From the NCBI GenBank assembly GCA_049296775.1, contig JBAQTB010000003.1:336068-383515 (forward strand): a stretch of 47,448 nucleotides of DNA, given 5' to 3'. Made by a program: the position numbers and the translations under genes. The notes below the pieces were generated by a model. It made no database searches and was not told where the DNA came from. It was given only the letters and a program-made list of their open reading frames with translations. Below, one piece after another: positions 9,554 to 18,326 of the stretch (its first letter is position 1; every line of letters begins with the position of its first letter). Source of the stretch: Patescibacteria group bacterium (GTDB lineage Bacteria > Patescibacteriota > Patescibacteriia > UBA9934).

Positions 9554-9709
9554 ATGTCTCAGGAAACACTCATCAAATTGGAATGCACCGTCTGCAAGTC
9601 CATGAACTATCGCTCAACCAAGAACAAGAAGATGTTAAAAGATCGTCTTGAATTGGCTAAGCACTGTTCAACTTGCCACAAGCATACTCCTCACAAAGAA
9701 ACTAAGTAA
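9554..9709 (+). CDS. rpmG: 50S ribosomal protein L33 (Zn-ribbon C+ form)
   Basis: Not in the ORF track (51 aa). Translation: [51 protein letters not shown]. This is the L33 pattern (CxxC...NY.t.KNk....kLel.KyC..C.kHt.HKE.K). Confidence 0.9.
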   Translation: MSQETLIKLECTVCKSMNYRSTKNKKMLKDRLELAKHCSTCHKHTPHKETK

Positions 9710-9711
9710 CT

Positions 9712-9743
9712 AAAAAACTACAGCCTCTAAACCGTAGTTTTTT
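9712..9743. terminator. weak AT-rich bidirectional terminator between convergent rpmG and the TPR gene
   Basis: aaaaaactac/gtagtttttt with a 12-nt loop; only 4 G/C-containing pairs. Confidence 0.3.
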
Positions 9744-10544
9744 TTATTTCTTAACGCGCTTTTGACGCACTTCTTCTACCCGAGCTTCAAAAACCTGAAT
9801 CTTTTTATTGTCAGGGTTAACTTCACGCAAGTGGTTGAGTGCCATATTCGCTTCCATGAGGTCGCCTTTTTTAATGGCGGCCTCAATAAAGAAATCTAGG
9901 TACTTGGGATTATTTGGACTGATGTTTTTAGCTCTAGAAAAATAAGTAAAGGCAGCGGCAGGGTCATTCTCAAGATTAGCAATCTCCCCCAAGCTCGCCA
10001 ACACACTGGCGTCTTGCGGCATGAGCTTCTGCAGATACTTAAAAGCTTCTTTGGCGTTATCAATATTCTTGGTTTCAATATACAACCTACCAATGCATTC
10101 ATAAGCATCAGTGTTCTTGGGATCCATGCTCAAAATCTCAATCAACTTTTTCTCGGCAGCATCATAAGCCTCATCGTCGAGCAAAACTTGTGCCTCTTCA
10201 TTCATGCGACGCAGCTCCTGAGTGTTAGGCTTGCGTCTAGTAGTGCTCTTCTGACGATCCGTATAAGTACGCTCAATCTGCGCTAAACGTGCCGCCGCCT
10301 TACGCACCGCCGTCTGCAAAAATCGGAATGGACCCCCGATCTGTTTGCGCATACCGGCCGTTCTCTCGGTACTCACACGCTCCAAACGCTGACGCAAAAT
10401 TTCGTACTTCACACCCTTGGCCTTAGCTTCCTTAGAACTAGCCGGGTCGATAATCTTAAGTTGCGGCAATTTACGCACGGCGATCCAAAGCAAGAGCAAA
10501 AGCCCTAGTCCCAATAAGACCAAAAATATAATCGTCAAAATCAT
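9744..10544 (-). CDS. membrane-anchored TPR-repeat protein
   Basis: N-terminal TM helix MILTIIFLVLLGLGLLLLLWIAV. The C-terminal half has TPR-like repeats (AYDAAEKKLIEILSMDPKN, AYECIGRLYIETKNIDNAKEAF, AAAFTYFSRAKNISPNNPKY). Its ATG overlaps the tpiA stop (ATGA). Confidence 0.6.
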   Translation of the reverse strand: MILTIIFLVLLGLGLLLLLWIAVRKLPQLKIIDPASSKEAKAKGVKYEILRQRLERVSTERTAGMRKQIGGPFRFLQTAVRKAAARLAQIERTYTDRQKSTTRRKPNTQELRRMNEEAQVLLDDEAYDAAEKKLIEILSMDPKNTDAYECIGRLYIETKNIDNAKEAFKYLQKLMPQDASVLASLGEIANLENDPAAAFTYFSRAKNISPNNPKYLDFFIEAAIKKGDLMEANMALNHLREVNPDNKKIQVFEARVEEVRQKRVKK

Positions 10545-11317
10545 ACGGTAGCTTGCGCTTCCATAACCTCACAGGCGACTGCTAAAACTTTAGCAAATTC
10601 TGTAGCTTTAATACTCGCTCCACCCACCAAAACTCCATCGATCTCGGACTCGCGCAAGAATTGATGCGCGTTCTCGCCATCAATTGAGCCACCATACAAA
10701 ATTGCGACCTTGTCACCGGACAAGCCAAACTCAGCTTGCAGATACTGACGAATAGTTGCGTGCATCGCAATAGCCTCAGCGGGCGTGGCTGGCTGACCAG
10801 CACCAATGGCCCAAATAGGCTCATACGCCACCACCACACGTTTATCCCGCGCAATGTGCTGGCCCACTAAGGCGGATTTCAGCTGTTTCAAGACAAAGGC
10901 CTCGGCCTGACCAGCTTCACGCACCTCTCTGGACTCCCCCACGCACAACACCGGCGTTAACTGTGAAGCTAGAACCGCTGTCAAACGCTGTCTAACCACT
11001 TCATCTGATTCATTAAACTGCAATCTACGTTCTGAGTGTCCAATAATCGCATAACTACACCCCACATCTTCTAGCTGCGCTAAACCCACCTCACCTGTCA
11101 TAGCTCCAGCCCGCTCTGGACCGGCATTCTGAGCACCCAGCTCCAAGTGCGTGCGCGTTACGAGCTTATGCACCTCAGACAAAGCCGTAGCGGATGGGCA
11201 CAACACAATCCGCGGAAAATGTTCGCGTCCCTGCAAGGTCAAAAGCACACCTCTAACTAGAGCCACGGATTCGCGGACTGACAGATTCATCTTCCAATTT
11301 GCGATCACGTATTTCAT
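10541..11317 (-). CDS. tpiA: triosephosphate isomerase
   Basis: Motifs ANWKMN, IGHSERR, AYEPIWAIGAG and YGGS. Confidence 0.95.
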   Translation of the reverse strand: MKYVIANWKMNLSVRESVALVRGVLLTLQGREHFPRIVLCPSATALSEVHKLVTRTHLELGAQNAGPERAGAMTGEVGLAQLEDVGCSYAIIGHSERRLQFNESDEVVRQRLTAVLASQLTPVLCVGESREVREAGQAEAFVLKQLKSALVGQHIARDKRVVVAYEPIWAIGAGQPATPAEAIAMHATIRQYLQAEFGLSGDKVAILYGGSIDGENAHQFLRESEIDGVLVGGASIKATEFAKVLAVACEVMEAQATV

Positions 11318-11343
11318 AAGCCAAACTCCAAAGTGCGACTAAA

Positions 11344-12627
11344 CTACTTTACCATGTCCTTAGGGAAATGCTTCAACAGATCGGCTTCGTTCTTGTAAGG
11401 TCCAATGGCAGCAATAGATAACCTGCGGAAATTGATAATTTCAGCCGCAACGCGCTTAACATCTGCCAACTTCACGGCGCTAAACTTACTGAGGCGCTCC
11501 TCAGCTGTCTCTACCTTACCATGAAACAGCTCTTGACGGGCATAGTATTCTGCCAAGTTGGACGAATCTTCAAGTCTAAGCGTAGTACTACCTTTAACAT
11601 TATCCTTAGCCATCTTAAGTTCAGCTGGTGTAACGCCATTTTTAGCGATCTTCTTCAGCTCGCCCACAATCACCTTCATAGCCACTGACAGGCGACTAGC
11701 ATCCAGACCAGCTCTGACGGTCAATAAACCAGTGTCTTCATAAAAATCCGCTGATGCACGGACGTTGTAGCACAAGCCCCGCTTCTCTCTAACTTCAATA
11801 AACAAACGGGAACTCATAGTGCCGCCGAGCACACCCGCTAAAATGCGGAGGGCATCAGTATCGGCATGATCTCTACCAAAAGCTGGGAACCCAAGTGAAA
11901 CCTGAATCTGCTCCAGCTTCTTCTCCTGGATACGGACACGCGGCTCAGTCCACTCACCTTCAATCGTAAAGGGCGTGACCTCAGATACAGTTGGCTTGGC
12001 CTTCACTTTGCCGAAAGTCTTTTCAAGTAAAGCCATGGCGTCCTTTGGCACATTGCCCGCCAAGGCGATCACCATATTCTCCGGTACGTAATAAGCGTCT
12101 CGGTAAGCTAAAACGTCAGCGCGTTTCATGGCGGTCATGCTCGCAGGAGTACCGGCGATATTTCTGCCCAAGGTGTGCGTAGCAAAAATCGCCTCTTCTA
12201 GCATGTCTTCTAGATGCATGATGGGATTTTCCTCATACATTTTGATCTCCTCAATAATCACCTTCTTCTCCCGGGTCATTTCTGTGGCCTCAAACTTAGA
12301 GTTGAACAACATGTCATGCAACAAATCTACAGCTACGGGAATCTGTTCAGCCGCAATCTTCACCCAATAACCGGTTAAATCCTTGCCCGTGTAAGCGTTG
12401 TACTCCGCGCCGTAACGATCGAGCTCCTTCGAGATATCTATCGTCTCTGGTCGCTTCTTGGTACCCTTGAACATTAAGTGCTCAATAAAGTGTGAGCCGC
12501 CCCAAACTTTGAGCGGCTCATTCCGTGAGCCGACCCTAAACAACACGAGCAAACTCGCAGCCTGCGTACCTTCAAGTGGCACAATGTGCACGCGGGTGCC
12601 ATTCTTCAAAGTCTGAACTTTTGACAT
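11344..12627 (-). CDS. M16 (pitrilysin/insulinase) family zinc peptidase
   Basis: Inverted zinc motif HFIEH followed by LMFKGT..., at the ~420 aa length typical of M16B. Confidence 0.8.
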   Translation of the reverse strand: MSKVQTLKNGTRVHIVPLEGTQAASLLVLFRVGSRNEPLKVWGGSHFIEHLMFKGTKKRPETIDISKELDRYGAEYNAYTGKDLTGYWVKIAAEQIPVAVDLLHDMLFNSKFEATEMTREKKVIIEEIKMYEENPIMHLEDMLEEAIFATHTLGRNIAGTPASMTAMKRADVLAYRDAYYVPENMVIALAGNVPKDAMALLEKTFGKVKAKPTVSEVTPFTIEGEWTEPRVRIQEKKLEQIQVSLGFPAFGRDHADTDALRILAGVLGGTMSSRLFIEVREKRGLCYNVRASADFYEDTGLLTVRAGLDASRLSVAMKVIVGELKKIAKNGVTPAELKMAKDNVKGSTTLRLEDSSNLAEYYARQELFHGKVETAEERLSKFSAVKLADVKRVAAEIINFRRLSIAAIGPYKNEADLLKHFPKDMVK

Positions 12628-12645
12628 ACGTCTTGATTTTCAAAA

Positions 12646-14034
12646 TTAACCACCGAGCTGCTTAGACAAGTAAGCCTCAAGTTCAGCCAACGGAACTCGT
12701 TCCTGCTGCATAGTGTCACGATCACGCACAGTCACAGCCTGATCCGCCAGCGTCTCAAAGTCCACCGTCACACACAACGGCGTCCCAATCTCATCCTGCC
12801 GACGATAACGTTTACCAATAGATTGCGTTTCATCATAATCAACACGCCAACGTTTCGCTAACTGTTCGGCGAGCGGATAAGCCACCTGGGCCAGCTCATC
12901 TTTTTTGCTAAGTGGCAGAATAGCCACCTTAATTGGAGCTAGATGCTTAGGTAAACGCAAAACGATACGCACATCTTCTTCAACGGCCTCCTCTTGATAA
13001 GCTGAGGTTAAGATCGCCAAGAAAGTTCTATCGACTCCAAATGACGGCTCAATCACATGTGGCACGTATTTTTCGTTGGTGTCTGGATCGGTATACGTGA
13101 TCTCCTTACCTGACGCTTGGCCGTGGTTAGTTAAATCGAAATCCGTACGATACGCTAAGCCGTACAATTCTTTTTTTCCAAACGGAAAATCGTATTCAAT
13201 ATCAACCGTGCGCTTAGAATAGTGAGCTAACTCGTCGACTGGAACTTCTAGATCATGAACAGCTGACTGAGTAATACCACATTCCTCGGTCCACTCATGC
13301 ATAGCGGTCAACCACAACTCAAAGTGCTTCTCCCAATCTTTAGGGTGGATGAAATACTCAATTTCCATCTGTTCAAATTCACGCTGACGGAAAATGAAAT
13401 TTCCTGGGGTAATTTCATTTCTAAACGCTTTTCCAATCTGAGCAATACCAAACGGAATACGCTTGCGTGATGAAGTTTGCACCAACTGAAAGTCCACAAA
13501 CATGGCCTGTGCAGTCTCCGGACGGAAATATACAGTCGCAGAGGCGTCTTCCTTTGGACCAAGGAATGTTTTCAGCATTAAATTGAATGACGACGGATCT
13601 GTGAACGTATCAGCAGCCAATGCTCCACAGTTCGGACAATTGCCCGAAATACGATAAGCCACCGATTGATTAAGATCTTCCGGTCGAGGGAGATCTTTAG
13701 CATTAAATTCAACTTTAAACGATTGTGACGCATCGTCAGCCCTAAAACGCGCATGGCACTTTCGACATTCGACAAGTGGATCGCTAAAAGTAGCCACGTG
13801 ACCTGAAGCCTCCCAAACCTTGGGATTCATCAAGAGCGCGGCATCAAGACCAACCATGTCCAAGCGAGAAGTCACGAACTTCTTCCACCACGCCTGTTTA
13901 ATGTTATTTTTCAGCTCAACTCCAAGTGGACCGTAATCCCAACTATTCGCTAAGCCACCGTAAATATCCGAACCTGGAAAGACGAAGCCTCTGGTCTTAC
14001 AATGATTGACGATCTTATCCATGCTGATACCCAT
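12646..14034 (-). CDS. glyQS: glycine--tRNA ligase (alpha2 type)
   Basis: N-terminus KIVNHCKTRGFVFPGSDIYGGLANSWDYGPLGVELKNNIKQAWW and class II motifs (FRNEITP...FRQREFEQMEIEYF). The start may be the second ATG at 14022 (MDKIVN...). Confidence 0.9.
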   Translation of the reverse strand: MGISMDKIVNHCKTRGFVFPGSDIYGGLANSWDYGPLGVELKNNIKQAWWKKFVTSRLDMVGLDAALLMNPKVWEASGHVATFSDPLVECRKCHARFRADDASQSFKVEFNAKDLPRPEDLNQSVAYRISGNCPNCGALAADTFTDPSSFNLMLKTFLGPKEDASATVYFRPETAQAMFVDFQLVQTSSRKRIPFGIAQIGKAFRNEITPGNFIFRQREFEQMEIEYFIHPKDWEKHFELWLTAMHEWTEECGITQSAVHDLEVPVDELAHYSKRTVDIEYDFPFGKKELYGLAYRTDFDLTNHGQASGKEITYTDPDTNEKYVPHVIEPSFGVDRTFLAILTSAYQEEAVEEDVRIVLRLPKHLAPIKVAILPLSKKDELAQVAYPLAEQLAKRWRVDYDETQSIGKRYRRQDEIGTPLCVTVDFETLADQAVTVRDRDTMQQERVPLAELEAYLSKQLGG

Positions 14035-14037
14035 AAA

Positions 14038-14580
14038 CTAAACCGTCATTATCTCTTTTTCTTTCTTGTCGCCCATGTCATCGATCTTGCTAACGAAGTC
14101 TTTCACGAGCTTGTCTAAGGCCTCTAGTTGATTACGGATATCGTCCTGACCAATCCCTGTTTGCTTTTCAATTTTTTTCTTAGCCTCTTCTCTAACCTTT
14201 CTCAACTTCACTCGCCCGTCTTCCATGAAACCGTGCATGACCTTGACCATCTTCAAACGATTCTCTTCCGTCATCATGGGCATGATCAACCGGATGATCT
14301 TGCCGTCAACCACTGGAGAGATACCAATTCCAGAAGCGATAATCGCAGATTCAATCGCCTTAACTACAGATGAATCCCAAGGCTCAATCACCAGGGTACG
14401 AGCATCTGGAGTCGACATGGATCCGAGCGCTTTGACAGGCTGCATGGCTCCGTAAGCCTCAACTGGCAAATCTTCAACCAACGCCGGACTAGCTCTGCCA
14501 GTGCGCAAAGTATTAATTTCGTGGTGCAAATGCTCTAAAACTTTCTCGAACTCTGGTTTGTAGTCGTTAATAATGTCCAT
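14038..14580 (-). CDS. frr: ribosome recycling factor
   Basis: 180 aa; LEHLHHEINTLRTGRASPALVEDLPVEAYG...LTEENRLKMVK is the RRF pattern. Confidence 0.9.
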   Translation of the reverse strand: MDIINDYKPEFEKVLEHLHHEINTLRTGRASPALVEDLPVEAYGAMQPVKALGSMSTPDARTLVIEPWDSSVVKAIESAIIASGIGISPVVDGKIIRLIMPMMTEENRLKMVKVMHGFMEDGRVKLRKVREEAKKKIEKQTGIGQDDIRNQLEALDKLVKDFVSKIDDMGDKKEKEIMTV

Positions 14581-14597
14581 AAAAGATATACCCGAGC

Positions 14598-14626
14598 AGT
14601 TTAAAGGCCAAAGGCCGCCAAGTCAA
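14598..14626 (-). promoter_or_regulatory. candidate promoter of frr-glyQS-...
   Basis: Minus strand reads TTGACT - 17 nt - TAAACT, 17 nt upstream of the frr ATG. It overlaps a short ggccg/cggcc hairpin. Confidence 0.45.
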
Positions 14627-14637
14627 CCGGCCTCAGT

Positions 14638-15702
14638 TTATTCCACTGACCTAACGCCTAGGAATACTTGATCTGGATTACCCTGATTAACATGAATGAC
14701 TGACGCAGCTCTAGAAGATGGGAGATTGGTAGTGCTCCAAGCAGTACCCCCAGAAGTCGAGGTGTAAAAAGTTGCACCAGAAGCGTAATACATGATGTTC
14801 TTGTTGACCGGAGAAATCTCGGCAGCGGTTACAACGACTTCGCCGGCGCTAGTCACTAAGTTGATATTCTGCCAAGAAGTACCACTGTCATCTGAAAACA
14901 GCAAACCGTAACCGCTACGTAACAAAATTCTGTCGCCGCTCTCTGTCTGTGACAAACTGTAAACTTTGTCAGACTTAGAGTAAGGCTTTAAAGCTGTGGC
15001 TGAGTCTACCCAAATCGCTCCCCCATCTGTGGTCCGGTAAATCCCCTTGGAACTAGTACCTGCCAAGATAATGCGACTATCTGCATTGCTGATTTCTAAA
15101 TCGACAATGGCGTTCTTAGCTCTGAAAATTGCGGCCCAAGTCTCACCACCATCTTGTGAGCGCAAAATATCACCTTGAGTAGTCCCTAGCAAAACCGTGT
15201 TGGGGCTATACCAATCCAAGGCCATGCTGGTTAAAAACTCATCCGTTCTGGTTTCTACGTAAGTTTCCACATCAAACTCTCGACCACAAGAAGTAGTTTT
15301 CAAAAGTCGATCAGTCTTCAGTACGTAATAAGTACACACATCTCTGGGATCAACCTCAACTGCGAGCACTGCGCCACTAGCCGCAAGCTTCTCTTCTGGT
15401 CTAGCCCAAGACTCACCACTATCTAAAGAGTAAAACAAACCGCTCGTCTTTGAGCCTAAGTAGACAGCCGAAGCGTCTGACGGATCTTGCTCCAGAGCTA
15501 AAATATCTAACCCGTTGATACTGGAAACTGAAGCCGGCAAAGGCAAAGCGCTCTTAGCCACCCAAGTACTGCCGTTATTATCTGATAACCATACCCCTCC
15601 GCTGGCAGGCGCTGGCTCATTAGACCCTCCCAGGCCAAAACAGCCTGCCCCAGTAGCTAGAAGTAAAGTTAGCGCTAAAGTTGTGACACGTGACTTGGAC
15701 AT
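14638..15702 (-). CDS. secreted/lipid-anchored BNR (Asp-box) repeat beta-propeller protein
   Basis: Repeated SxDxGxTW-type boxes (NNGSTW, DSGESW, DGGETW, DGGAIW, DSGTSW, SGGTAW). Signal peptide with Cys (LLLATGAGC). The ATG at 15702 (MSKSRV...) is preferred to the track's TTG at 15714. Confidence 0.65.
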   Translation of the reverse strand: MSKSRVTTLALTLLLATGAGCFGLGGSNEPAPASGGVWLSDNNGSTWVAKSALPLPASVSSINGLDILALEQDPSDASAVYLGSKTSGLFYSLDSGESWARPEEKLAASGAVLAVEVDPRDVCTYYVLKTDRLLKTTSCGREFDVETYVETRTDEFLTSMALDWYSPNTVLLGTTQGDILRSQDGGETWAAIFRAKNAIVDLEISNADSRIILAGTSSKGIYRTTDGGAIWVDSATALKPYSKSDKVYSLSQTESGDRILLRSGYGLLFSDDSGTSWQNINLVTSAGEVVVTAAEISPVNKNIMYYASGATFYTSTSGGTAWSTTNLPSSRAASVIHVNQGNPDQVFLGVRSVE

Positions 15703-15725
15703 AAGATGATGCAAAGGGTTAAAGC

Positions 15726-16625
15726 TTAAGGTAAGGCTAAAGCGATTCGTTCCAAGGCCAGCGCGACGTTACCATTAGCCTGCAAGGCTTGTCTGGCATC
15801 CAACAAACTCGAGAGTCCAGCCACCACCCGTGCGGGCACCACCGGTTCAGTATGTAACTTGAGGTGTAAAGCGTCGCATAGCTCCAGTAACCACTGTTGG
15901 CGACCATCTGCGCTCTTGGCGTCATCACCCTTCACTAGGGTAGCAATCGTCTTGATGCGCTCTGCTCGTGGTGCCGCGATGAATTGCTGAATGACTTCAT
16001 CCCGCTTGTGGGCCTCCATAAGCGTATCCGCGTCTGCTAACGCCAGCGCCACACCCGGCCGACCAACGGCTCGTCTAGCGGCTTCTTCTGCGATTTGAGG
16101 TGCGTAGCCACGTGCCGCCAAGCCGGCCGCAAGCTTAACGGTTGGCACACGTGACAAAGTAACCGGCACACTCCGCGACACAATCGTACGGAGCAAACGT
16201 GAACGATCTTCAGCTAACAAGAAGATTACGGCTTGTCCGGATGGTTCTTCTAAAGTTTTCAGTAACGCATTTTGCGCCTGAGTCGTCATGGTGTCGGCTT
16301 CATCAATGATCACGATCTTCCGACCTTGCACGGCAGAGAGCGCCAATCTGTCGCAAGCTGCCCGAATTAGCTCCAAAGGAATCTGTTTCTTTTTATCACC
16401 AGTTTTATCATCTAACGGCCGCTCAACGTACACCACATCCGGGTGCATCCGTAAGCGTTTGAGTTCAGTAGACAAGAGCGCTCCAGCCAAACGTTCAGCT
16501 ACCGCCATTTTGCCCACCCCTTGCGGACCCAAGAATACATAAGCATGAGCAGCACTATCTTGAGCTAAAACACGTTCAAAATAGGCTACTTGCTGAGTGT
16601 GACCAATAATGTCAGCAAAAGTCAT
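15726..16625 (-). CDS. holB: DNA polymerase III delta' subunit
   Basis: FADIIGHTQQV...AHAYVFLGPQGVGK, IIDEADTMT and SRS/SRV motifs of clamp-loader AAA+ proteins. The ATG at 16625 is preferred to the track's GTG at 16646. Confidence 0.8.
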   Translation of the reverse strand: MTFADIIGHTQQVAYFERVLAQDSAAHAYVFLGPQGVGKMAVAERLAGALLSTELKRLRMHPDVVYVERPLDDKTGDKKKQIPLELIRAACDRLALSAVQGRKIVIIDEADTMTTQAQNALLKTLEEPSGQAVIFLLAEDRSRLLRTIVSRSVPVTLSRVPTVKLAAGLAARGYAPQIAEEAARRAVGRPGVALALADADTLMEAHKRDEVIQQFIAAPRAERIKTIATLVKGDDAKSADGRQQWLLELCDALHLKLHTEPVVPARVVAGLSSLLDARQALQANGNVALALERIALALP

Positions 16626-16765
16626 AGTCAGAGCAAAGTATAACACGTTAACGTAATCAGAATAGACCCCTCAACCGGATAAAGTCGTCAGAAATCTAGC
16701 AGTAAACCAGGCTCAGCTAATAGAATTATATTGGCTAATTTTAGCTATAAACTAGCCGTTTATAC

Positions 16766-16794
16766 TTGACAAAAGACGATTTTTCTGCTAGACT
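16766..16794 (+). promoter_or_regulatory. candidate orphan promoter
   Basis: TTGACA (16766-16771) - 17 nt - TAGACT (16789-16794), facing a ~300-nt non-coding stretch. Confidence 0.5.
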
Positions 16795-16799
16795 GCCCG

Positions 16800-17101
16800 G
16801 TTGCTTAAAAACTATTGCTCCCAGAACTTCGGGGAGGAGAGATGGTCGGACGGGGGTGGCAACACCACCCCCCCGATCGGTGTGGAGGTACCGGACTTGG
16901 CTCCGGCTGACTCTTGGCACCGCACCGCATCACGATTCACATCAACTTCGGCTGATCACTGAGTCCCTTCTTTCCGAAGTTGTGTGAGGAATAGCTTGTG
17001 GGTAACAATCTGAGTTTGCAGTTGGTTCAATAATCGATTACTTTAGACACCCCTGAACCTCAGATTGTTACCCATAACCCCCCACACCCCAGGGAGATGC
17101 C
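16800..17101 (+). ncRNA. candidate structured 5' leader or ncRNA, class unknown
   Basis: At least four strong hairpins. (1) gggggtgg/ccaccccc at 16852-16872, extendable by tcgg/ccga flanks. (2) ccgga/tccgg at ~16891-16906. (3) A 13-bp stem with one bulge at 16938-16951 / 16974-16986. (4) A 16-bp perfect stem at 16999-17014 / 17059-17074. No convincing ORF. Confidence 0.35.
16999..17074. repeat. 16-bp perfect inverted repeat with a 44-nt loop
   Basis: tgggtaacaatctgag (16999-17014) and ctcagattgttaccca (17059-17074), 27 nt upstream of the ORF at 17102. Confidence 0.9.
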
Positions 17102-17332
17102 ATGCTCGATGCGGTACGTAAAGACAAGCTAACTTTGTTTGAAGTAGATTACGAACCGTACTCGGTCACATATATCCCGACCGACCGAGACCGAAGTCGC
17201 TCGAGTTCGAAGCGGCTCAAGTACATCGAGGAGAGGATTTACTACCGTCGGTACGGTCAGTATTATGTGGACGGCAAGAAAGATCGGCGAATGACGCAAA
17301 CGCGGAGGCTGAAGGATGCTTTCCGCCGCTGA
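17102..17332 (+). CDS. hypothetical small basic protein (76 aa)
   Basis: AGGGAG lies 7 nt upstream of the ATG. Arg/Lys/Tyr-rich (…RDRSRSSSKRLKYIEERIYYRRYGQYYVDGKKDRRMTQTRRLKDAFRR). No recognisable family. Confidence 0.4.
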   Translation: MLDAVRKDKLTLFEVDYEPYSVTYIPTDRDRSRSSSKRLKYIEERIYYRRYGQYYVDGKKDRRMTQTRRLKDAFRR

Positions 17333-17495
17333 GCAACTAGAGGTCGACCTGAACGGCCTCAGCCCAGAAGATCGCGAGATCGTCTTGATGACGACCCTGC
17401 GGTCATCGTTCATCGTCGATGGCACCAAGCCCGACGACCTCGTGCCTACGTCCGACTGGGACGCGATCACCACCCGGTCAGAGTTTGGCATCTAG
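17316..17495 (+). CDS. hypothetical small acidic protein (59 aa)
   Basis: Not in the ORF track. The ATG overlaps the last 17 nt of the previous ORF, and GGAGG lies 8 nt upstream. Translation: MLSAAEQLEVDLNGLSPEDREIVLMTTLRSSFIVDGTKPDDLVPTSDWDAITTRSEFGI. Confidence 0.4.
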   Translation: MLSAAEQLEVDLNGLSPEDREIVLMTTLRSSFIVDGTKPDDLVPTSDWDAITTRSEFGI

Positions 17496-17518
17496 GCCGA
17501 CTCTGAAGACACCCACAG

Positions 17519-17553
17519 CCTGCCCCGCCCTCGTGCGTCGGCAGGTTTTTTTT
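17519..17553 (+). terminator. intrinsic terminator
   Basis: cctgcc (17519-17524) pairs with ggcagg (17540-17545), followed by T8. It abuts the stop of the convergent TrmB-like gene. Confidence 0.55.
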
Positions 17554-18325
17554 ATTTAACGGCTAATTGACGTTCAATATCCCCCGCCTGCCGCCACGCT
17601 AATTCCAAAGTCGCCCGGCAAGTATCAGCGATGGTAGGTGAAATGATCTCAATCGCCGTGACGTTCAGCGTGTACGCAAACATGAGGACATGATCAGCGC
17701 ACACCGTCATCTCCCCCTTGACGTCTAACATAGCCGCAGGGATGCATCTTACCTCAAAATCAGCTCCAGCCGGAGCATCAACTTTAGTATCTGTCACCAA
17801 AATGGCTCGTCCCTTGGATTTCTTAGACTGTAATCTAGCACCACGTTCTTGTACTAGAGAATGTTTATGCAATTCAAGAAAAGCATCATAGCCCACCATC
17901 TGCAAAATGGGTTGATCTAAATTAGCGTAAGCACTATGCAACTCACGTAATTCTTCCACATCATTAATAATCCTAAACTGTGGCCGCACCACACCGTCAG
18001 CCGCCAAAGCTTCCAACTGAGGCAAAAAATTCAAGGCACGCTGGCGTCTAGCTTGCGCTTCCTCAAGTTGCAAAGTCAACAAGAGATTGAGGCGATCAGG
18101 CGGCTCAGTAATGTACACCTGTTGACCGGACTCTGAAGCACCCTTAACCAAACCTTGAGTAATGAGTTGTTGCAACGTGTCATAGCAAGTAGCTCTAGGC
18201 AAACCAGAAGCTAAAGCCAACTGCTGCACGCCACTTTTAGAAAACCGTAACAAAGTCACGTACACGCAGGCCTGACGCTCAGAAAATCCCAAGGCCTCAA
18301 GTTCGCGCTGCAAATCCGTCTGCAT
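17552..18325 (-). CDS. TrmB-family transcriptional regulator
   Basis: N-terminal wHTH LEALGFSERQACVYVTLLRFSKSGVQQLALASGLPRATCYDTLQQLITQGLV is the TrmB N-terminal pattern. Confidence 0.65.
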   Translation of the reverse strand: MQTDLQRELEALGFSERQACVYVTLLRFSKSGVQQLALASGLPRATCYDTLQQLITQGLVKGASESGQQVYITEPPDRLNLLLTLQLEEAQARRQRALNFLPQLEALAADGVVRPQFRIINDVEELRELHSAYANLDQPILQMVGYDAFLELHKHSLVQERGARLQSKKSKGRAILVTDTKVDAPAGADFEVRCIPAAMLDVKGEMTVCADHVLMFAYTLNVTAIEIISPTIADTCRATLELAWRQAGDIERQLAVK

Positions 18326-18326
18326 A

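Noticed and set aside
16766-16987. 73-aa ORF in the track covering the structured leader
   Set aside because: Its start is the TTG of the -35 hexamer itself, and it has no Shine-Dalgarno sequence. It is a Pro/Arg-rich translation of GC-rich hairpins. A 22-codon ORF at 16842-16910 after GGAGGAG was also noted, but the spacing is poor and nothing supports it.
16999-17075. Resemblance of CUGAG...ACCCCUGAACCUCAGA to the TPP riboswitch thi-box (CUGAGA ... ACCCnnnGAACCUGAUC)
   Set aside because: The two segments are simply the arms of a perfect 16-bp hairpin. The P4-P5 pyrophosphate-sensor sequence (…UAAUnCCAGCG) and the GGGGUGC P2 element are absent, and the downstream genes are not thiamine-related.
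17129-17491. 120-aa minus-strand ORF antisense to the two small ORFs
   Set aside because: It has no Shine-Dalgarno sequence or promoter on that side and would run into the structured leader. The plus-strand pair has Shine-Dalgarno sequences, translational coupling and a terminator.
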